Source: a virus. Taken from it: 11,759 nt of DNA. Position numbers and translations under genes: made by a program. The notes under the pieces are model-generated. The model ran no database searches and was not told the DNA's origin. It saw only the letters and a list, made by a program, of their open reading frames with translations. Positions 6,567-11,759 of this stretch are shown piece after piece. The stretch's first letter is position 1. Each line of letters opens with the position of its first letter. Location of the stretch: the UHGV virus genome UHGV-1580179; one strand, written 5' to 3'.

Positions 6567-7161
6567 GGTTTGGGTAGATATCGAAGGGATTCCATTTTAT
6601 CAGGTTAGCAATAAAGGAAATTTTAGGTCTATTACGAGGGAAGTTACAGTAACATCAACCAGACAGAGGCCATATAAGAAAATAATTAATGGCACTAGTG
6701 TAAAACCATTCAAGTGCAAGTCGACAGGATATCTTCAAATAAAGGTATACGGTATGAAATACAGCGCCCACAGGATAGTTGCGAAAGCATTCTGTACAGG
6801 GTTCTGTGATGGCTTGGTAGTTAATCACAAAAATGGGCGAAGAGATGACAATAGGGCTGATAACCTTGAATGGGTATCACATTCTGAAAACTCAAAACAC
6901 GGATATAAACAAAATGGAAGAATACCTATATCGCTAGGTAAATTTAGTGGTGACCATCCTGCCAGTAAAGCTGTTATTTCTACTGACATGAAAACTGGGG
7001 AGGAGGTTTATTATGAAGCAGCTATGGATGCTGTCAGAGAAGGATTTGATAGTTCGTCAATTAGTCGTTGCTGTAATGGCGAAAGCTCATATCACAAAGG
7101 AAGATTCTGGCGATTTGCAAATGAAAAAATGAAAGCGAGATGGGGAGATCGGGCTGCATGA
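6559..7161 (+). CDS. HNH homing endonuclease (NUMOD4 plus HNH_3; 200 aa) inserted at the ninB 3' end
   Basis: NUMOD4-like WVDIEGIPFYQVSNKGNFRS; HNH motif LVVNHKNGRRDDNRADNLEWVSHSEN. AGGA RBS and ATG overlap the ninB stop. The last 9 residues (KARWGDRAA) equal the lambda NinB C-terminus as I recall it. AT-rich. Confidence 0.85.
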   Translation: MIEVWVDIEGIPFYQVSNKGNFRSITREVTVTSTRQRPYKKIINGTSVKPFKCKSTGYLQIKVYGMKYSAHRIVAKAFCTGFCDGLVVNHKNGRRDDNRADNLEWVSHSENSKHGYKQNGRIPISLGKFSGDHPASKAVISTDMKTGEEVYYEAAMDAVREGFDSSSISRCCNGESSYHKGRFWRFANEKMKARWGDRAA

Positions 7162-7685
7162 CTATCAAATCAAATACGCCAGCACACGACAAGGACTGCT
7201 GGCAAACGCCGCTTTGGCTTTTTGATGCACTGGATATTGAGTTTGGATTCTGGCTGGATTCGGCAGCGAGCGACAAAAATGCTCTGTGTGCTCACTGGCT
7301 AACTGAGGCCGACGACGCGCTCAATTCTGAGTGGCTAAGCCACGGTGCAATCTGGAATAACCCACCGTACAGCAATATCAGGCCGTGGGTGGAAAAAGCC
7401 GCTGAGCAGTGCATGCAACAGCGACAGACGGTAGTTATGCTTGTGCCAGAGGATATGTCAGTCGGATGGTTCAGCAAGGCTCTGGAGAGTGTCGACGAAG
7501 TTCGCATTATCACTGATGGACGGATTAATTTTATCGAACCATCGACAGGGCTGGAGAAGAATGGAAACAGCAAAGGTTCCATGCTGCTGATTTGGCGACC
7601 GTTCATCAGTCCTCGACGGATGTTTACTACCGTATCCAAAGCGGCATTGATGGCGATCGGGCAGGGCGTCAGGAGGGCGGCATGA
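7158..7685 (+). CDS. Phage Dam-family DNA N6-adenine methyltransferase (175 aa)
   Basis: NPPY catalytic motif ([10 protein letters not shown]) and N-terminal [25 protein letters not shown] typical of the phage Dam family (PF05869-like, from memory). ATGA overlap with the preceding stop. Confidence 0.8.
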   Translation: MTIKSNTPAHDKDCWQTPLWLFDALDIEFGFWLDSAASDKNALCAHWLTEADDALNSEWLSHGAIWNNPPYSNIRPWVEKAAEQCMQQRQTVVMLVPEDMSVGWFSKALESVDEVRIITDGRINFIEPSTGLEKNGNSKGSMLLIWRPFISPRRMFTTVSKAALMAIGQGVRRAA

Positions 7686-7864
7686 GACGACAGCGACGAA
7701 GTATCACCGACATCATCTGCGAAAACTGCAAATACCTTCCAACGAAGCGCTCCAGAAATAAACGCAAGCCAACCCCAAAAGAATCTGACGTAAAAACCTT
7801 CAACTACACGGCTCACCTGTGGGATATCCGGTGGCTAAGACGTCGTGCGAGGAAAACAAGGTGA
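7682..7864 (+). CDS. ninE: NinE protein (60 aa)
   Basis: [60 protein letters not shown] matches lambda NinE from memory. ATGA overlap with the MTase stop. Confidence 0.85.
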   Translation: MRRQRRSITDIICENCKYLPTKRSRNKRKPTPKESDVKTFNYTAHLWDIRWLRRRARKTR

Positions 7865-7955
7865 TTGACGTGATGATTTATTCGGGGCTATATTCCTCAC
7901 GCGCCAGCAAAATCTGGCGTCGGGATTGGCGTCCTGGATAGAGACCGCGACAGAT

Positions 7956-7980
7956 ACACGCCGCGAGCGTGTTTTTTATT
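7956..7980 (+). terminator. Intrinsic terminator in the ninE-roi intergenic region
   Basis: Stem acacgc (7956-7961) pairs with gcgtgt (7967-7972) around a 5-nt loop, followed by tttttatt (7973-7980). Confidence 0.5.
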
Positions 7981-8138
7981 GTCGTATGCACGCGCACATC
8001 TGAATTATGGTGGGCTGTGTGGGGGCGGAGAGATCCGCGCCGGTCGGTTTCCCGGTTACGCCAACCCTGCACAGTTCACCACCAGACGATTGGCGTCGTC
8101 GGTGGTGAGTTATTAAGAAACCACTCGAGGGCGTCATT

Positions 8139-8822
8139 ATGACAACTCAAATCTCTGTTGAAACACTCTCCACGATTACTTACAAGCAGATCCCCGTTAT
8201 CACTACCGAACTTTTGGCGCACCTTTACGGCACAGAAGCTATTCGTATTCGCCAGAATCACCACGAAAACAAAGGTCGTTTCATTGAGGAAAAACACTTC
8301 TTCAAACTTGAAGGTGAAACTTTACGTGAGTTCAAGCACAGAGTAGCTTTTAACTACTCTGTGAAAATTGCCCGTAACGTTCGCTCCCTCATCCTCTGGA
8401 CAGAACGAGGCGCAGCCCGTCACGCAAAAATGCTCGAAACCGATCAGGCGTGGGAAGTGTTCGAAAAACTGGAAGACTGCTATTTCAGCCAGTGCGAGAA
8501 AAATACTGGCAAACAAGAGAAGAAGCTCAACGGGCTTTCCGCAAAAGAAACAGACAGCCTTGTATGGCTGTGGGATTATGCCAACCGCTCACAGGCATTG
8601 TTCCGTGAGTTGTATCCCGCATTAAAACTGATTCAGTCTGGCTATTCCGGCATATGCCACGACTACGGCTATGAGTTCTCGTATATCATCGGGAGGGCGA
8701 GGGGCGTTTTAATTAATCACACGCGGGATATAGATATTTATGAGCCTGACGGGCCGACGAACCTTCTGGCATGGGAAAGGCTTAAGAACAAAGAGTTGCC
8801 GCCTTCACTGCATCGCTACTGA
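8139..8822 (+). CDS. ORF6N-domain DNA-binding protein (Roi-like; 227 aa)
   Basis: N-terminal pattern [43 protein letters not shown] fits the ORF6N domain (as in HK022 Roi). GAGGG RBS 7 nt upstream. Confidence 0.7.
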   Translation: MTTQISVETLSTITYKQIPVITTELLAHLYGTEAIRIRQNHHENKGRFIEEKHFFKLEGETLREFKHRVAFNYSVKIARNVRSLILWTERGAARHAKMLETDQAWEVFEKLEDCYFSQCEKNTGKQEKKLNGLSAKETDSLVWLWDYANRSQALFRELYPALKLIQSGYSGICHDYGYEFSYIIGRARGVLINHTRDIDIYEPDGPTNLLAWERLKNKELPPSLHRY

Positions 8823-8841
8823 CAATTGACAACTTAACAAA

Positions 8842-8866
8842 CCCAGCTTCGGCTGGGTTTTTTATT
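8842..8866 (+). terminator. Strong intrinsic terminator (TTCG tetraloop) between the roi-like and rha-like genes
   Basis: acccagc-ttcg-gctgggt hairpin (8842-8859) followed by ttttttatt. Confidence 0.75.
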
Positions 8867-8896
8867 GGTGAATTTTCAATATGAGAGGACATGACA

Positions 8897-9619
8897 ATGA
8901 ACGAGCTGATAAATAGCAACGTCATCAAAATGACTAGCATTGAAATCGCTGAGCTTACAGGTAAGCGTCATGACAATGTGAAACGTACCATCGAAACGCT
9001 GGCTAAAAATGGTGTTATCCGGCTTCCTCAAATTGAGGTTTCCGAAAGAATCAATAACTTAGGGTTCAATGTTCAGTACGAGCATTACGTCTTCGAAGGC
9101 GAACAAGGTAAGCGCGACAGCATTATTGTCGTCGCTCAGTTGTCGCCGGAATTCACCGCTCGTCTTGTTGACCGTTGGCGAGAGCTTGAAGACGCTGCGG
9201 TTAATATCCCCAAAACGCTACCAGAAGCGTTGCGCCTTGCTGCTGATCTTGCTGAGCAGAAAATGCAACTGGAAAACCAGCTCGCAATTGCCGCACCTAA
9301 AGTTGAGTTTGCCGATCGCGTTGGCGAGGCCAGCGGAATTTTGATTGGAAACTTTGCAAAGGTTGTTGGAATTGGTCCAAACAAACTGTTTGCGTGGATG
9401 CGCGATCACAAAATCCTTATTGCTTCAGGTTCCCGGCGCAATGTGCCAATGCAGGAATATATGGATCGCGGCTATTTCACAGTGAAAGAAACAGCGGTCA
9501 ACACAAATCACGGAATACAGATATCGTTCACCACAAAAATCACCGGGCGTGGTCAACAGTGGCTGACCAGAAAGCTGCTCGATAACGGAATGCTGAAAGT
9601 AACAGGGGAGGCTGCTTAA
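8897..9619 (+). CDS. Rha-family regulatory protein with C-terminal KilA-C/ANT domain (antirepressor-like; ~240 aa)
   Basis: Rha motif MTSIEIAELTGKRHDNVKRTIE. C-terminal ANT-like segment GNFAKVVGIGPNKLFAWMRDHKIL...QEYMDRGYFTVKE. Start is ATG 8897 (GAGAGGA RBS) or ATG 8891. Confidence 0.75.
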   Translation: MNELINSNVIKMTSIEIAELTGKRHDNVKRTIETLAKNGVIRLPQIEVSERINNLGFNVQYEHYVFEGEQGKRDSIIVVAQLSPEFTARLVDRWRELEDAAVNIPKTLPEALRLAADLAEQKMQLENQLAIAAPKVEFADRVGEASGILIGNFAKVVGIGPNKLFAWMRDHKILIASGSRRNVPMQEYMDRGYFTVKETAVNTNHGIQISFTTKITGRGQQWLTRKLLDNGMLKVTGEAA

Positions 9620-9909
9620 TGGCTAACCTACGCAAAGAAGCTCGCGGCAGAGAATGCCAGGTACGTATTTACGGTGTATGCAATGGAAATCCTGAAACTA
9701 CAGTTCTGGCACATTACCGGATGGCTGGAATTTGCGGAACTGGAATGAAGCCTGACGACCTGATCGGTGCATGGGCTTGTAGTGACTGCCACGCGGAGAT
9801 CGACCGACGCACAAGGATTCTCGACAACAAAGACGCCAGACTTTACCACCTCGAAGGTGTGATCAGGACGCAGGCGATACTGCTGAAGGAGGGGAAGATT
9901 AAGTCATGA
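9619..9909 (+). CDS. ybcO: YbcO-like (DUF1364) small Cys/His-rich protein (96 aa)
   Basis: 96 aa with a Cys/His cluster (CQVRIYGVCNG...ICGTG...CSDCHAEID). Position immediately upstream of rusA matches the DLP12 order ybcO-rusA-ylcG-Q. Sequence identity not verified. Confidence 0.5.
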   Translation: MANLRKEARGRECQVRIYGVCNGNPETTVLAHYRMAGICGTGMKPDDLIGAWACSDCHAEIDRRTRILDNKDARLYHLEGVIRTQAILLKEGKIKS

Positions 9910-10268
9910 ACGAATACCAGTTTGTGCTTCCATACCCACCGTCGCTGAACACCTACTGGCGAAGACGGGGAAGCCAATACTACATCAGCGATAAAGGCCA
10001 GAAATACCGAAAAGACGTTCAGCAAATCATCCGCCAACTTAAGTTAGACATTTTCACCAAATCACGACTCCGCATCAAAGTCATCGCAGACGTTCCAGAC
10101 TCCCGCCGCCGCGACCTCGACAACATCCTGAAAGGTTTACTCGACTCCCTTATCCACGCCGGATTTGCGGAAGACGACGAGCAATTCGATGACATTCGCG
10201 TAATTCGTGGTGTGAAAGTACCAGGCGGACGGCTTGGAATAAAAATCACCGAACTGGAGAACGTATGA
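9906..10268 (+). CDS. rusA: RusA Holliday junction resolvase (120 aa)
   Basis: Length and motifs (PDSRRRDLDNILKGLLDSLIHAGF, GGRLGIKITELENV) align with E. coli RusA (PDRRRRDLDNLQKAAFDAL..., GGRLELTITEM). ATGA overlap at both ends. Confidence 0.85.
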   Translation: MNEYQFVLPYPPSLNTYWRRRGSQYYISDKGQKYRKDVQQIIRQLKLDIFTKSRLRIKVIADVPDSRRRDLDNILKGLLDSLIHAGFAEDDEQFDDIRVIRGVKVPGGRLGIKITELENV

Positions 10269-10408
10269 ACAAAGCATTCGAACGATATATGCGCCAGCGT
10301 TATGGCAATCGCTATGACCTGACGCGAGATGTTGAAGGTTTCTACTGTAGTGAAATTGTGAAACGAATGTTTGAAGTTTGGTGTCATTGCAAAGGATGGG
10401 AGGTCTGA
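10265..10408 (+). CDS. ylcG: YlcG-like small protein (47 aa); below the ORF-track size cutoff
   Basis: ATG 10265 overlaps the rusA stop (ATGA). Translation MNKAFERYMRQRYGNRYDLTRDVEGFYCSEIVKRMFEVWCHCKGWEV. Stop TGA 10406-10408 overlaps the next ATG (TGATG). Same position and size as DLP12 ylcG. Confidence 0.5.
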   Translation: MNKAFERYMRQRYGNRYDLTRDVEGFYCSEIVKRMFEVWCHCKGWEV

Positions 10409-11022
10409 TGCGGCTAACTCCAGTATTCAGCATGGTTAACTTCATTAATGACGCGCACTTTCGCCGCGTATGGAGACACCCGAAGAAAACCATCAACTCT
10501 AGCCAGAAAGCATGGGTTCATTACATGTTACAGGTATGGGGCAAGGTTAATGCCGGAGATTGCTCTCCAGGTGGTGCAATTAACGTTATCGGTCGTCTGA
10601 TGATTCGCAGTCAGTGGAGCGATGACAAGGCTAAGCAGATAGAGTCTGTCGTCATGCGCCTGTACGAAGAAGATGGGCTGCGCGGAGATGTGCTATACAA
10701 GAAAGCTCGCGAACTGGTCATTCCTCAATCATCGTTTAGCCACATCATCACTCTCGCCAAAGAATCAGATGATGCGGCTTTCGTTGAACGTGTGATGGTC
10801 AAGACTTTTCACCGTGAAAGCCCCGTCCGCGATGTAGCTATTAAGCGATATTGCAATCGCAATTGCACGCAAGATATAGCCAGGATGATTTCTTATATAA
10901 CAGGTGCTGATATTCAATATTGTCGTAAGCGAGTGGTGTGGTGTGAGAAAGTGCTGGAGTCAGAAATGTTTTATGCAATGAAACGAGAATTGGAGAAAGA
11001 ATTTCCATTGATAGCGGCCTGA
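10408..11022 (+). CDS. Putative late-gene antiterminator Q (204 aa), assigned by position and Cys motifs
   Basis: ATG 10408 with GGGAGG RBS 4 nt upstream. Last gene before the late promoter/terminator and lysis cassette. Cys pairs (CNRNC, C-x6-C) are compatible with a zinc-binding Q. Sequence not recognised as a specific Q type. Confidence 0.5.
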   Translation: MRLTPVFSMVNFINDAHFRRVWRHPKKTINSSQKAWVHYMLQVWGKVNAGDCSPGGAINVIGRLMIRSQWSDDKAKQIESVVMRLYEEDGLRGDVLYKKARELVIPQSSFSHIITLAKESDDAAFVERVMVKTFHRESPVRDVAIKRYCNRNCTQDIARMISYITGADIQYCRKRVVWCEKVLESEMFYAMKRELEKEFPLIAA

Positions 11023-11179
11023 ACTGAAATAATTTTGTAAATGCGTTGCTTCCGAGAAATGAAAGTGGTATTTTTCGTATATGCTCGGAGCAAAAGCGAA
11101 CTGAGCAGCGAAATTGAAATCCTGATTTCCCCGGTTGCCGATAATATTTAGGGTCGACATACTGGCTAGATTAGGTAAG

Positions 11180-11210
11180 AGCCTCGGCATAAACGTCGGG
11201 GCTTTTTTGT
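11180..11210 (+). terminator. Intrinsic terminator downstream of Q (tR'-like)
   Basis: 9-bp stem agccucggc (11180-11188) pairs with gucggggcu (11195-11203), two G-U pairs, loop auaaac, followed by uuuuuu-g-uuu (11203-11212). The upstream late promoter could not be placed confidently. Confidence 0.65.
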
Positions 11211-11497
11211 TTGCACAACAGGTAAGTGCATTTGTAGAGTTCGACTCTCTACCGTGGGCTTTTTCCCGCGATGCGAGCCATAAGTGCTCTTTCCGTTGTG
11301 CTGAATTAAGCGAATGCCGGAAGCAGAACCGGATCACCAAATGCGTACAGGCGTCATCGCCGCCCAGCAACAGCACAACCCAAACTGAGCCGTAGCCACT
11401 GGCTATCCTGAACTCATCAGTGATAGTTACGCTGCGGCCTTCTTTCCCCCTTCCCAATATAAGAACTACGCAATCCGTTACTGGCGGAGGCGTTGCT

Positions 11498-11713
11498 ATG
11501 AAATCAATGGACAAAATCTCAACTGGCATTGCCTACGGAACATCCGCTGGTAGTGCGGGATACTGGTTTTTGCAGTGGTTGGATCAGGTCAGTCCATCAC
11601 AGTGGGCTGCGGTTGGAGTGCTTGGAAGCCTTGTGTTGGGCTTTCTCACCTATCTGACAAATCTGTACTTCAAAATCAGAGAAGACAGAAGAAAGGCTGC
11701 GAGAGGTGAATAA
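11498..11713 (+). CDS. S: Class II pinholin, phage-21 S type, with dual-start motif (71 aa; internal start at 11507 gives the 68-aa form)
   Basis: [71 protein letters not shown] matches the S21 pinholin from memory. GGCGGAGG RBS. Confidence 0.9.
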   Translation: MKSMDKISTGIAYGTSAGSAGYWFLQWLDQVSPSQWAAVGVLGSLVLGFLTYLTNLYFKIREDRRKAARGE

Positions 11714-11759
11714 TGCCTCCATCATTACGAAAAGCCGTTGCTGCTGCTATTGGTGGCGG
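11713..11759 (+). CDS. R: SAR endolysin (phage-21 R type), 5' fragment truncated by the window end
   Basis: ATG 11713 overlaps the holin stop (TAATG). [15 protein letters not shown] matches the N-terminal signal-anchor-release region of the phage 21 lysozyme. Confidence 0.75.
   Translation, partial: MPPSLRKAVAAAIGG

Noticed and set aside
7292-7816. 174-aa ORF on the minus strand
   Set aside because: Antisense to the Dam-like methyltransferase and ninE, which are supported by motifs and translational coupling; low-complexity Ser/Ala-rich translation.
7878-8297. Minus-strand ORFs 7878..8072 and 8076..8297
   Set aside because: No RBS and Arg-rich, low-complexity translations; the second overlaps the start of the roi-like gene. 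The region is treated as noncoding or regulatory.
10378-10407. ORF-track start of the Q-like gene at 10378
   Set aside because: It is a TTG codon inside the ylcG-like ORF. ATG 10408 has a GGGAGG RBS and overlaps the ylcG-like stop, consistent with the translational coupling seen throughout this operon.
10019-10496. Minus-strand ORFs 10019..10387 and 10137..10496
   Set aside because: Antisense to rusA, the ylcG-like ORF and Q, which form a tightly coupled plus-strand operon.
10960-11529. 189-aa minus-strand ORF spanning the Q 3' end, the terminator and the holin start
   Set aside because: Crosses an intrinsic terminator and an intergenic regulatory region, is antisense to the strongly supported holin start, and has a low-complexity translation. 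The 11135..11395 plus ORF likewise contains the terminator hairpin.

Overview
This window is the central part of a lambdoid (lambda-like) enterobacterial prophage, read in the conventional lambda orientation. It runs from the pL/OL operators through the immunity, replication, nin and Q regions to the start of the lysis cassette. Left to right: pL/OL1-3 (transcribing leftward out of the window); an intrinsic terminator; an orphan ParA/MinD-family ATPase gene sitting where lambda carries rexA-rexB; a lambda-type cI repressor, OR1-3 with pRM/pR, and cro; a nutR-like site with a P22-type boxB; a cII-like gene with the pRE TTGC-N6-TTGC site; a non-lambda replication module (wHTH initiator with internal iterons, plus a TOPRIM primase / DnaB-like helicase fusion); a nin-like region (small Cys-rich ORF, NinB, an inserted NUMOD4-HNH homing endonuclease, phage Dam-family MTase, NinE, ORF6N/Roi-like protein, Rha/KilAC antirepressor-like protein, YbcO-like protein, RusA, YlcG-like ORF); a putative Q antiterminator; a terminator; and a phage-21-type pinholin with the first codons of a SAR endolysin. 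The genome is clearly mosaic. The best candidate for an undescribed system is the ParA-like ATPase with a C-terminal extension in the cI-adjacent rex slot, preceded by two perfect palindromes sharing one half-site. All protein identifications rest on motifs and on my recollection of lambda, P22, phage 21 and DLP12 sequences; no database search was run, and coordinates of regulatory sites are hand-indexed.
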